Assembly: GCF_021028975.2 (NCBI RefSeq)
Contig: NC_059426.1
Location: forward strand, 51,646,001-51,710,000
DNA: 64,000 nt
Origin: Sphaerodactylus townsendi
Lineage: Eukaryota
Direction: 5' to 3'
Position numbers and translations under genes: made by a program. The stretch's first letter is position 1. The number at the start of each line of letters is the position of its first letter. Below, piece by piece: positions 13,040 to 25,130 of the stretch. Under the pieces are notes generated by a model. It was given only the letters and a program-made list of their open reading frames with translations, made no database searches and had not been told where the DNA came from.

Positions 13040-13585
13040 GCCAGCTGCCAGGCTGGGCCCAGCTGCATGGTAGGAAATGTGAAAGGGATTATGACACAAT
13101 GGCTGAAAAGTCATGAAAAATTACAAGGAAAGATATTGGGATCAGTATATAACTATATGATGGAAGATAAGGAATTTATGACGAGAATGTTAAAACAAAA
13201 ATGGGAGAAGGAAGAACTTTTCGATAATGAAAAAATAGAAAGAATTATAGATAGAATAAGATAAAGATAGAAAAATATGCAGAACTGGAGAGAAAGATAA
13301 TTTTCAAATGGTATAGAACCCCAGTACAGCTAGCCTATATGATTAAGGGTTTATGCCCAAGATGTTGGCATTTTGGTGAACTGGGAGCATACTACACCCG
13401 CATGTGGATTGAATGTAAGGAGGTAAAAAAGTTTTGGGAAAATATTTTGAAGTATATAGAAAAATTAGTAAAAATTAAAATTGATTTAAACAATGATTTA
13501 TTAATGGTAGGTCTAATTGAAGATAAAGGGGTGAATAGAAGTTATGGACCAATGTACAAAATTATGATTAGAGCTGCACATATGT
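13040..13585 (+). mobile_element. L1-clade LINE ORF2 C-terminal fragment (pseudogenised)
   Basis: Translation KWYRTPVQLAYMIKGLCPRCWH...MWIECKEVKKFWENI resembles the L1 ORF2 C-terminal Cys-rich region; A-rich strand bias; stops present. Confidence 0.75.
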
Positions 13586-13762
13586 TTAGTGTGTATCTGG
13601 ACACAGTGTGTAATAGACTTCTCTCTGTGATACACCTCTGAAGATGCCAGCCACAGATGCAGGCGAAATGTTAGGAGCAAGATCCACCAGACCACAGCCA
13701 CACAGCCCGGAAAACCCACCACAACCAGTTGAATCCGGCTGTGAAAGTCTTCGACAATACAT
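13586..13762 (+). mobile_element. Penelope-like element 3' end (pseudo-LTR) with hammerhead motif
   Basis: cct-CTGAAGA(13638)-tgcc...ggc-GAAA-tgtt-agg, ending gtgaaagtcttcgacaatac; same superfamily as 23721 and 49485. Confidence 0.8.
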
Positions 13763-14761
13763 TATATCTACAGTTTCAGCGTTATGTATAATATATGATG
13801 AGATGACTATGCTGATGAAGAACAAAGCATTTGAACAAAAGACTCACTTTCGATCTCACTCCAAATCCAGAGGGTTTTTTGAGAGAAGAGGGGAAACTGA
13901 TTCTAAAGACCCAAGTAAGAAAAAACCTAAAAACACCTTTAAGAAAGCAATGGCAAAGATGGTAGAAACATGTCAAAACTGTTTGATTAAAGCATGGCCT
14001 TCTCCATCACAGGCAATGGGAAATCATCACAATATTCTCTTATAACCATTCATTCTTCATTCTGCTTATCAGGTCATTTAATAGCTACATGCAAAGTCTG
14101 TGAGGCCAAAATCCTCATACCTTTCCACGGCAAAAAAAACTGGTTTTAACAAAATGAATTTATTTCTCAAGGAAGCATTGAAGGGAATTAAGGAAAGGTA
14201 CTTATAGTAACTGTAATGTTGCTACTTTAGGTAACTTCTGTAGATTTGTATCCCAGTTATGTAGCTAATTCTTCCCTAACTTCCTAGCATTGCTGTAGCA
14301 AGCGGGATGCTACTGGCAGAAGAATTTTGTCAACAACCATACCTATGTAACTGATACAGAATGGCAATCTTTGTGGATCAGATCTAGGAATCACTATGTG
14401 TCAATTCTCTATACCGCAACAGTGTAACAATGCAAATAAAAGTTGCCCAAGAGCTAGTTGTGCCTAGCTCAGACAGCACAACCCTTTGTTTCCAAATTAT
14501 TATTTCGATACCAACTTTATTAATTACACCATATCCAATGTTTAAATTAACAGGTATGAGAAATACATGACCAGAACACAATCATAAACTTACAAATGGG
14601 GACACATCGGGGAAAAACCTTCCCTCCTCTTTTTCTTCCCCACTTTACACCTGCCATGGCTCTCAGCCACCCCATCACCACCAATGCCCACACTGCTAGG
14701 CCAGCTGCAGCTCCTGACCACCCACCACTATAAATACCACCAAGCCAGCCATGGCTCCCAA

Positions 14762-14948
14762 CAACACACACAATGCAGAAGCAGCTGTGGCCAACCCCCT
14801 GTTCACAAATGCTGACACTTCTAGCAGTTCCCAGCTACCCCCACCAACAGCGATGCACACACACAATGCAGAAGCAGCTGTGGCCAACCCCCTGTTCACA
14901 AATGCTGACACTTCTAGCAGTTCCCAGCTACCCCCACCAACAGCGATG
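14762..14948. repeat. Near-perfect 93-bp tandem duplication (2 copies)
   Basis: caatgcagaagcagctgtggcc... at 14771 and again at 14864. Confidence 0.95.
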
Positions 14949-16219
14949 TTGTCACGTCAGCCACAGCTCCACATCACTCTCTCCCCTCCACCAACGTCAC
15001 CTCCATTGGGCATGCTGAACCCCTGACTACCACCACCCCAATGCTGACACTGCTGGCTGATGAAAAAGGAGAAGGTGGGGGGAATTGTCTGCCTATGTGC
15101 ATGCAATGCTTGTGTTGTTAGGGGAATTTAAGTCCACCAATATAATTTCTAATCAATTCTGAATTTTTTTTGCAAACCTGGGGTATCCCTAAGTTTGCAG
15201 AAAAACCTGTGGGCCCAATAGGCAGATTTAGATACCCACGGATGTGGCTGCACTTTCACTCTTCGATCTGTAGATAATTTAATAAAACTACTTCTGTTAA
15301 AGAAAGATTAGCTGCCTTGAAGACAGGTTTATTTACTCTACTTGTACGTCTGTCAGAAGCCACTTCTTTTTAAAATGAAGTATATCACCCTGCAGTATAC
15401 AATTTACAATGTCCTTCAATGTGTCCTTGGAATTGCATTACTAAGTAATCAGCATCTTACCAGAATGAATTTATTAAATAACATCCTTATTAAAATATTT
15501 TTAGCTCTTCATAATTTCTCTTCAATTTTTTTTGAAACTTAAAGTAATCTTGGAAAGAAAACAATATTCTAAAACAGACTGTTAAAACAGACATGTCACA
15601 AGCTAGTTTCCTTGCAGTCTGGGCAACTGAATGTTTTCCATTGAAATAAAAATATTACTTAGCATTTGTATACCATGTTCAAGTGTTATAGAAACTTCAT
15701 ACACAACCATTATATTCATAATACAGAAGGAAAATCAGAGGCTTAAAAGAAAGCCCTGTGGCCATCATTTAAGTCCATGACAAGGAACATTTGTACCAGA
15801 AACGTATTGATTTGTAAATCGTCTTCTTAACTATTGCACCACACCAAACAACTTTGACAGTTAAGTAAGAATTCTGAGAATCTAAACTTTCAGCCTCAGA
15901 AGTTGCTCTTGAGGCATTCCTGAGTTCATAGAATATCTTGAGGACACCAGTGCCTTCTGTGCCTTCAGGACACCTGTCCTGAATTGTAACAACTGTAGTG
16001 CAATGTAGTTACCAAGCAATGCCCATAAGAACAGTCAAATAAATATTCTGTGGTGTTCATGCTGCTGTGACAAGGAAAATAAGCCTAAAGGACATGAATA
16101 AAGGTCATATTTAGAACTGTATTTCACACAAAACTGGTCTCTTAATATTTCTGGAATATAAAGAAGAAAAACAAGAAGAGTTTGTTGTTGTACCAATCTT
16201 TTCCCTACCAAAAGGCATC

Positions 16220-16402
16220 TCAAAATGGCTAACAATCCCTTCCCCTAACCCTTTCCCTCCCCACAACAGACACTTTGTGAAGTAGATGTGACTGAGAGAG
16301 TTCTGAGAGAACTGTGACTAGCCCCACCCTGCAGGCTTCATGTAGAGGAGTGGAAAATCAAACCCAGTTCTCCAGATTTGAGTCCATCACTCTTAACCAC
16401 TG
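16220..16402 (-). mobile_element. tRNA-derived squamate SINE
   Basis: Minus strand starts agtggttaagagtgatggactcaaatctggagaactgggtttgattttcc (A/B-box-like). Relatives at ~25785, ~33750 and 51793-51985. Confidence 0.7.
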
Positions 16403-19400
16403 ATTTTCAAAGCAAACTTCTGGAATACATGTTGTAATAGGAAAAGGTTTTGTATGAGAAAGGTTTACCAAAAGACTGAGAGAGTATAAACATTGCTTCT
16501 AATTGCTGGGGCCCACAAATGCAAAGACTAGCTGAAAATTTAACTTTGATTACTACAGAGAAAGGCTCTAATGTGGCCTACCACAAAATAAGCTTTATGT
16601 AATGGTCTATGAAATGACATTTCTCTGGATGAACAGATCTGGTTTTGCATAAAAAGACGAACACGTTGCCTCCTTTCAGTTAGCTTTTATTGTTTATGTT
16701 GCTTGTACTTTCAATAGACAACACCAAATGGACCACACCTTTTAGGCATTTCTGAACACAATAGTTGTACCCGTCTAACAAAGGATGAAGACAACATTCC
16801 ACTGTGACCAAAAACAGTGGTTCAGCCAGCTGTACTAGATCAGTGTAAGAAAAAACTTCTAGAGCTTTATGTGGTCCACTCACAATTACATACTTCCTCA
16901 TAACACAAATGGAGAAACATTTTGTGGGTATGTTTGCCTTTAAAGAACAACTGAACTTATTGGTGGGGGGGGGGGGGAATCATTTCAGGCTAATTGGTAT
17001 TTCTTCCAGACCTAAACCCTTCTTTTGTGCAAGTTTTTCCACCAGCCCAGCCCAAAGAAAGAAAGAATCTAAGTGCACTTTGGAAAAAGAATATCTATAA
17101 TCAGCAAAAAATATATGGGTATATAGTTCATTCGCTATGCAGTTATCTGAATTTCCAAAGGTCAGACACCTCATCTACATTTATCCAAGACAGTAGAAAC
17201 TTAGAAGCCAAAGTTATAAAATTATTTCAAACTCTTTTTAAAAAGGTAAAGGAAACAAGCAAAACTAAACAGCATAATCCTGATAACATTTTACTGGGAG
17301 TATGCTCCTGAGCAGACATGCTTGGGACTGCTCTTTGAATCATCACCACCATACTATGGGCAACAGAAAGAAGAATTTTTATGGGGTTGGAAAGAAGAGT
17401 ATGTCCTAGAACTAGAGCAGTGCAGAATTCATAGGCTTTGTGATGTCACACATGTAGACAATGTGGGATAATAATTTGCCCGATCTAATGAAACAATGTT
17501 GCTCGTAAACAATGTTGTGTTGGGTACTCAAGGATAACACCTAAAGGTTACAAGGAATACTCATCTTCTAAGCATGCATTGATATACAGTTAATTTTAAC
17601 ATGCATTTTTTGAAACACAGTTGGTAATGCAGTCCCCAGGGTGTGGGGGCAGGGTGTGTGTGTGAATGGATTCATGGAAGCTGTGCAAAGGCATACTAAC
17701 ATGGATATCCCTTCTGCTGGCACAAGGAGCAAATATGCCAGTGGAGGTAGGGGCAAATATCCAGAAGGGTGCCACGTGACTCCGCAGCACTCAACCCCAG
17801 AAGCTGCCACTGTGAAGAAGCCTGTGCTGGTGCAGGTAGAGCAGATCCAGGGGCATTCCCAGCAGTGGAGCTGATTTTAGTCAGCTTCCAAAGAGCTTTC
17901 AGTCAGAGAATGTCCCCTCTATTGGCCACTTACTTATGCCACCAACAAGTATGGCGTAGCCTATTGGGCTCTATGGGGGTTTTCAAGCAGATGGAGTTTG
18001 TTTCCCATGCCACATGAAACCCCTCTGGAGGAGGCTCCATCCTCAGCTGCTGCAAATCCCCCACCCCCCGATTGTATTGTCAGTTTAAAATTATACATAA
18101 ACACATTAAGTTTCCCATTACACACAAGAGCTATGTAGTATAAGCGGTTAGACGTAGACTGAGTTAACATTTCCACATCCCGCTAAGCTTACTGAGTGAC
18201 CAGGAATGTAGCTTAACAGGGTTGTTGGAAAGATAAAATAGAGCAGGGGGGAAAGATGTAGGGAACTTCAATGCCCTTGGCAGAAGAGCAGGATAAATCT
18301 GTATACACACACATTTATATACATACATATTTGTTGCTAGTTGAGGTGTCACGCCTGTGTTTTATCTTTTTTATAATCTAAACTAAAGTCTACTGAAGAC
18401 AGAGGGCATCACGATTGTACATTATGCTTCCATTTTCAGATTAAATAACAATACTGCTTCAAATATAACTTCAGGTTTTATGTCTATTTTTAGCTTTTTC
18501 AATAACCAAAAGTTATACTCAAAGCTATACTGGTATTTGATCTGAATACAGAAACATTATGTACTACCATAACATACGCTGACTTCTGTGGAAGTCTGAT
18601 ATATAAGGAATACAGAATTGGGCCAATGGTTTCCAGAATGAAATACAATTAAAAGGATCTGCAGCAATACCCATCTTCCAAGACGACAAGATTATGGGAG
18701 TATCCTACCAGTGCCAAATTTTGGGGCACTTATTTCCTCTGATTCATAGTGGAGTAGTTTCAGCAACTGAAACTAAAACAGTAGTCACCTAGTGGCACTT
18801 CAGGATCTTCAAGATTCCCAGTTCTGCACCTGGAATGCAAGAAAACTTTTGCCAGCCCTTGCTTGCAGAACACAAGTACACCCCATTCTCTTTTATTGCT
18901 GATACTCTTATTGTCTCTGCTTCATTTACTGCCTTCTCTCACTGTGCTATATCTGAAATACCCTGTGGATGGGTCCCGTCTTTCTGCTTTTCTCAGTTCT
19001 GTATAAAATTACCATTTAAACTGGCAACAAATAGACTAACAGCATGCTATACCATCCTTAGGAATGTTAGTGTCAAGATTTCATATTCTCTCCTTGCTAA
19101 CTTAGTGCAAAATACCTCCACATCGGGGAAAGAACATGCCTAAAACATGAGCCTACTGTCATACTAACCAGTCAAAAAAGTTACATAACTTGGTAGTGTA
19201 ATGGTAGGACAATGCAATAGTTACATGTCAAGTCTGAAGGTTTTGCTGATTTTTTTTCTAGTTTATTATTCCCCATCACACACGAAAATCTGCATGTGCA
19301 ACGAAAAAGCAGCTGTTCTTTAGTGACCTGATATTTCTATAGGCGTTACTATAAAGCATTCCCTGAAACATGTCTGTGCATGTGATGGAAGATAACAGAC

Positions 19401-20179
19401 TGAAGAAACATGGATTCTGGCCCACAAGCTTATTTAATCATTGCCTTTTCTCTTGCCTGGTTTAAAACAGCTATACTAGATGTCAGTTTGTTTCTGAGTT
19501 CAATTCAAGGTGCCAGTTATAACCCCCAAAGCCTTTTGAAGCCTATACCCATATATCTGACGGACCCCCATATAGGTCCTTGTTTGGCAACTTCAGTCTT
19601 CTGGTTACCACCTCTTAACTGTTGTCTGAGTTAAGGTGACCCCTCCATCATCTGCTACAGTCTGTTCCTTCCCAACAATGGCTCCAATCTTGGGGAATGT
19701 TCTCAGGAGAAGGAGCTTCATCTTATGAGGGGCTGTAAGCCAGATCTGAGAAAGTTTTTAACTGCAGGCATTTTTTTTTGGGGGGGGGGGGTTTATGGGT
19801 TCAAGGAACAGATTAGTTTTTGTTGTTGTTTTTACAAACTGAACCACAAAGCATAGAGCAACAAAAAGATGACACAAAAATATTTCAGTAAAATTAACCC
19901 CATTTCCAAGCCTCAAAGAAATGCCTTCTGTGGAGGCAAAATGCTATAATGCTGTTTTATTTGTTGCATACACCTTCATATGGCCCATGGCAACTGTCAA
20001 AAGGGGGGGGGGGAAGGCAGATGACAGAGCTACAGGCTGTGCTGGCGGAACCCCCCTCCCCAGCTACAACTGTGCCAAGGCAGCACACAGCTCAGTGGGG
20101 GTGAATTGAGGCCAACAAGTGTTCAGTGGCACGGAAAAGCTTGTGGACGTTTCCCAACAGAGAAAGGGCTGAGGCAAGA

Positions 20180-21970
20180 GAAGAGCAGTTAGCCTTCATT
20201 GGCGCAAAGGGCGGGAGGGGGGGCTATTCTTCACCAAGAACAGATGCCAGCTGTTGACAGAGACAAAGACTGTGGGGAAAAACATGTTATAAACCATGCC
20301 CTGACAAGAATAGGCACTAAGCAGGGGGAGGGGAAATCCGCTGCTCCCTGCGTCCCATCGCGTCAACGCACTCCACAAATGCTTAGTTATTGTATCTTCT
20401 CGAGCAAGGTCGGGAAAGCTCAGGGGGCGGGAAAGGATCCTGTGAGAGCAGGAAGAAAGTGAAGGCTGTCCCTCGGCAAGTGATCAGGCTCAGTCTCGGA
20501 CTCGAGTGGTGGTGGTGGGGGGCAGCACTTTTGTCAAAAGGGAAAGCATGAAAAAGGCAGGTCATCCTGTCCCCCACGCCTCGGTCGAGCAGGGCAGAGA
20601 CGGCACAGCCGCGATCTGAAACGCCTGCTTAAGGAGACGCGAAAGGACGCCTCGCAGTCGCCTTCCCCACCCAACAAAAGCAAATAAGGACGGCGGTAGG
20701 GCAGTAAAACGAGACGATGACAGGGGCGAGGGAAAGTACGCGGGACGGGCACTGGACCGGGGAAGAGGGCGTCTCTTCGCCCACCCGCACGAGTAGAAGC
20801 GGAAAAGTGGAAGATGTATGTCAGTCACCCGAAGAGACCCACCAGCTCGGCTCTTCCCCCTACTCAGATGGCCGATGGAAGAGACGTGCAAATAGGTTTC
20901 CACCTCGAAGGGACATCTCGACATCTATTTCAGCGGGGGGGCCCCCTGCCCCGCAGCCGTGCGCGCCAGCCCCCTTTCCTCACGCCCCACAATGCGCACA
21001 AACGCAGGCGGGGAGCTGCCACCGCTTCCCCCGTCCCCTTTACGCACACACAGCCCTCGGAGCAAGGAGGGAAAACAGCAGCACGCACGTCTAAGTAGGA
21101 CACCCGGTCAACGAGAGGAGGCGGCGCGGCGCCGGCGGCAGCAGCCCCCTCCTCACTCCCCGGCGCCCTCCAGCACCGCGGCAGACCCCCTTCCCGGCCC
21201 TGGGCACGCGCTGGACAAGCAGCATTTCCAGCCCAGCTTTCCGGCGCTGGTTTATGCAGCAGGGAAAGAGCGAGGCAAAGCCGAAGAGACCCTCTCCTTA
21301 CCAGCTTCTCCTGCGAGCTGCCCCATCCTCGCCCATCGTGTCCCCGAGCGGGGCCGGTGTTTGGCTCCCTCCCCGCCGCACTGGCGAGGAGGCCGGACCT
21401 GGGACTGCAACGCAGCCGCTGCCGCCACTGTAATTGGTGCCGCCGCGGAGGCGCCGCGTCGCCGGGTCGCGGCCAGCCAGACCCACAATCGCAGCACCGG
21501 AGCGGGCGGCGACCCCAACGCGGCGGCGGCTACCTGGGCGCTGCTGCTGCCGCCGCCGCTGCTCAATCAGGGAGCCCGGGCCGAGCAGGGAGCGCCGACG
21601 AGCTGCCCGCCCGGCCGGGAGCGTGCAGAGCCGCCTCGCCTCGTCGGAGCCAGGAGGCGTCTGCAAACTCCCCGCCCCGGCGAGAAGCGTGCACAACAAC
21701 ACCGCCGCAGTAAGGGAGCGTCTGTAAAGTGGAATCCTTTCTCCAGCCCAGGGAGAAAAACGGAGCCAGGCAGAGATGGAGTGTCGGTTAGATTACGAAT
21801 GCAATGATCAAGGAAGAGGAGCAGCAGTGTGCGGCGTTTCCACAGTTCTCAAGAAGGCAGTAAACAAGAGTGCCCAAAGGGGCAGGAAAGGGTTAAATTT
21901 CAACCACCATCCCATCCTCTCTCTGTGTGTGTATGTGTAAAACAGCGCTGCGTGAGCAGGAAGCATCTGC
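20180..21970. promoter_or_regulatory. CpG island promoter of the minus-strand gene
   Basis: Sharp rise in GC and CpG density (core ~20560-21730) in unique sequence; contains a strong minus-strand splice donor and GCC/GCT triplet runs typical of first exons. Confidence 0.9.
21302..21700 (-). other. Exon 1 (5'UTR) of unidentified minus-strand gene; TSS approximate
   Basis: Donor GAAGCTG|GTAAGG at 21302/21301 inside the CpG island. The 5' boundary cannot be fixed from sequence alone. Confidence 0.7.
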
Positions 21971-22559
21971 GGATCTCGTGTCTGGTTGCTCTGAAGTCCT
22001 CACAAACGATTATAAATGTTAAAGGTGTTGGCAAATATCCTGGCTCAGCCACTGAGCCTCTGGGTGATCATCTAATTTTAGCTAAACTCGACTTTCCATT
22101 TTAAAAGGCACGCCTATATTGACATCTCCCGTTCCCCCTTTCCCTAGGGCTTAACCATTGCCAGAAGCAGCAAAAACCAATCTAATAAACCTTTCTGCAC
22201 TGCAGGCTTCCTTACCTTGACAGATAAGGAGACAGCTGCTGCATTCCTAAGAACTTCACTAGAAGTAAGTCCTGCCCCACTGAACAAAACGGATCATACT
22301 TATGAGTAGACTTCCTTGGAACTGCTCCCAGAAACACCAAATCAAGCCAGTAATACACCGGATCAAACAAGCAATATAACAAAAGTTCAGACCCGGGTCC
22401 AAACATAATGTTTCCGAGTCTGATTCAGCGTGCGTCACACACCTAGTCTCTGAACAGAGCCTTATAAATTCTGAAATATTTTTGTTTTGTTGTATTTCTT
22501 AATGTCATTCATAGATCATGCCAGGATATACCTTTTTAACCCAGCACACAAAAACATAG

Positions 22560-22990
22560 GTGGTGACTGGACAACTTAAAAGCCTTCCTGGATGAGGAAA
22601 ATTATTTAGATCCTTTCTGATCTATTTTTAAGCACTGGTCACCCTGGTGGGTGATGGGCCCTGGGAGATGGATAGAGAGTGTCCTGGATCTCTCAGTGGC
22701 ATTTGAACCTAGTGATCATAGTATCCTCCTGGACTGCTGTTCTAGGCTGCATTGGGAGAGTTAGGGTAGTTCTGAGCCTACCTGGAGGGTAGGTTTCAAA
22801 AGATGGTAATGAGGAACTGGTGAGCCCCCTAGGCCTTTGGCCTTGTCCCTTATGCTCATTAAAATCTGAGTCACAAGTCTCAGCAGGAGATTTTGGTGGG
22901 GTTGTCACCAATATGCAGGTGACACTCAGTTCTATCTCATGCTTCTGGTTTTTCCAGGGAAGGTTGTAGAAATGCTGAACCGGTGCCCAG
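22560..22990 (+). mobile_element. Degenerate L2 LINE RT fragment
   Basis: Remnants of FLDEENYLDP.. and LDLSVAF..DHSILL motifs with frameshifts. Confidence 0.55.
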
Positions 22991-23524
22991 CAGGGGCATA
23001 CCTCCCATGGGGACATGGGGTATCCCATGTCCCTGAGCGCACGCCACTTTGTCATGTGGAGGGACACCAGGTGAGTCTGCGCGCCTGGCCTCTTCCGCAG
23101 CGCAGTGACACAGCCAGCACCCAGCAGGTCCCCCTGTGCCGGGGCGCTGCTAACCGGCCAAGTTGTTTGCCGTAGCCACAGACCTGCTCCCCCCCGGAGG
23201 CCAGGGAGGGCAGGAGCTGGCCCACCGCTGCGGCACCTGTCCAAGCCACCCATCTGAGCAACCCGCCCCCAGCCTCCCTGCAGGCTGACTCCTGCCCTCC
23301 CCAGGATGGCTGTGTCTTTTTGTGTGTGTGTCTTTGTATGTAGTTAGATCTGGTTTCAATTATTTTAATGATCTGCTTTTTGTTGGCTTAAATGGCTTTA
23401 AGATATGTTTTTATTATTTATGTTTCAGTTTGCTTGGTGGGCCTGATGAGGGCAGAAAAGTGGGGTGTAATTTTTTTATTAGATAACTGGCAGGTGTTCA
23501 GGCACTCCTGCTTAGAGTAAAAAA

Positions 23525-23955
23525 GTAAAGGTAGTAATCTCCTGTGCAAGCACTGGGTTATTACTGACCCATGGGGTGACATCACAACATTTAATAGGCA
23601 GAGTATGGTTACGGGGTTGTTTGCCATTGCCTTTCCTCGTTGTCTGCACTTTATTCCAGAAAGCTGGGTACTCATTTTACCAGCTTTGGAAGGCTGAAAG
23701 GCTGAGTCAACCTTGAGTTGGGGTCAGATCTTCTGAAGATGCCAGCCACAGATGCAGGCGAAACGTCAGGAGAGAATGCTGCTAGAACACGGCCATACAG
23801 CCCGGAAACCACACAGCACCCCAGTGATTCCGGCTGTGAAAGCCTTCGACAATACAACCTTGAGTTGACAGTACCTGAAACCCACTTCTGTTAAGATTGA
23901 ATTCAGGTCGTAATCAGAACTTGGACTGCAGTACTGCACTCTGTGCTACAGGGTC
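23525..23955 (-). mobile_element. Sauria SINE interrupted by a Penelope-like insertion
   Basis: Hallmarks gtttgccattgcc, agctgggtactcattttacc, ggaaggctgaaaggctgagtcaaccttgag; the SINE resumes at 23856. Confidence 0.8.
23721..23855 (+). mobile_element. Penelope-like 3' fragment with intact minimal hammerhead ribozyme motif
   Basis: tctt-CTGAAGA(23733-39)-t-gcc...ggc-GAAA-cg-TC-agga; flanked by 13-bp duplication caaccttgagttg (23708-20 / 23855-67). Confidence 0.85.
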
Positions 23956-24699
23956 ATCCATAGGGGGAGGGGCCAGGGATAGCACCACGGCACCACATCC
24001 AAAGAAGCAATCAGCAGTGTGGGTGCCAGGGGAAAAGGAGAAAAACCTCTTCTCTCCTGGAAAAGCCTATTGCTGGGAATGACTTATGCCACCCTTTCTG
24101 GTGGTGTAAGTCTATGCCCCAAAAGGGATGTTCTCAGGTGAAACTACACTGAGAGTTTACTAAAGTTGAGTCCGCCCCCAGGAACACCCTCATCCATGCC
24201 AGCGTGGGCTCCTGCAGCTGAGGGGTGCTGGTGCACATGGCAGCTTCCTGATTCACCAGCATATCTGCCTTTTATGCCAGCGGAGTGGGCACCCACACCT
24301 GCGCACCCCCACAATGCCTCCAAGGCTCCATTTGCTGCCCCCCTTTGAATTGCACTCTTAATTTGAATGATGGAGTGCAAAATTAGTTTGAGTCTTATCA
24401 GAGATGCAAGGAGGAAACAAGCATTATGATTATGCCTAGCTTTGCTTCTGCTGCATCAGATAACATAGAGGAAAGCATCCGTAAACGACACCTGATTTCC
24501 TGGGCTGGGGCCTGGGTGATTTCTCTCACCTCTGGATTCTCTCAGTTTCCATAGGTAAAGTGGTCCAAAATTGAAAGATTATAGTTTGATGGTGTTCATT
24601 GAATCAACAAAAATATCATTGACCATTTTTTTGGAATAGGCACAACCCCCCCCCCCCACCCCCAATTCAATCTGGCTACATCTATTCAAAGCACAATCC

Positions 24700-25130
24700 T
24701 TGGGGAAAATTTTTTCAACATTTTTCAACATATATTAAACAGTTTGGAAAAAGGGAAGAAAAAAGATGTACTAGAAAATAGTTAAGATTACAAGATAAAA
24801 GATATCTACCCACCATTATACTAAGTACACATTACATAACAGATCCCCATATACCATTTTCTGATTACCAGAGAGACCTTAAAAGTCTTAAAATCTTTGT
24901 CATTTGTCAACTCCAAAATCCTTTTAATGTGGATAGATGAAGAAAGGACTTAAGCAAGATATAGCACTTCCTAATAATTCTCATCCCAGCATTCTCCCGA
25001 TTATCTTGCACACAGCTCTAAGCAAGCAGCTCCTTTAATACATTCTGTTCTAATAATTCTGTTCTAAACATTTTACTTCACTACCATGACAAGCCATGGG
25101 AAATTGACACATATACTTTGGTTAGTTTTG
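24700..25130 (-). mobile_element. L1-like LINE 3' fragment
   Basis: T-run followed by purine/A-biased 3'UTR-like sequence, reversed; coding remnants are degenerate. Confidence 0.45.

Noticed and set aside
18783-18798. CTCF-like motif (GCCACTAGGTGAC on minus strand)
   Set aside because: Single imperfect motif; expected by chance in 64 kb without ChIP or conservation data.
2562-21700. Assigning a gene symbol to the minus-strand gene
   Set aside because: Only UTR-type exons are present and I do not recognise them; a BLASTN of exon 2 is needed.
20959-21807. 282-aa plus-strand ORF and other long ORFs in the CpG island
   Set aside because: Low-complexity P/A/R/G-rich translations expected from stop-poor GC-rich DNA; non-ATG starts; no recognisable domain.
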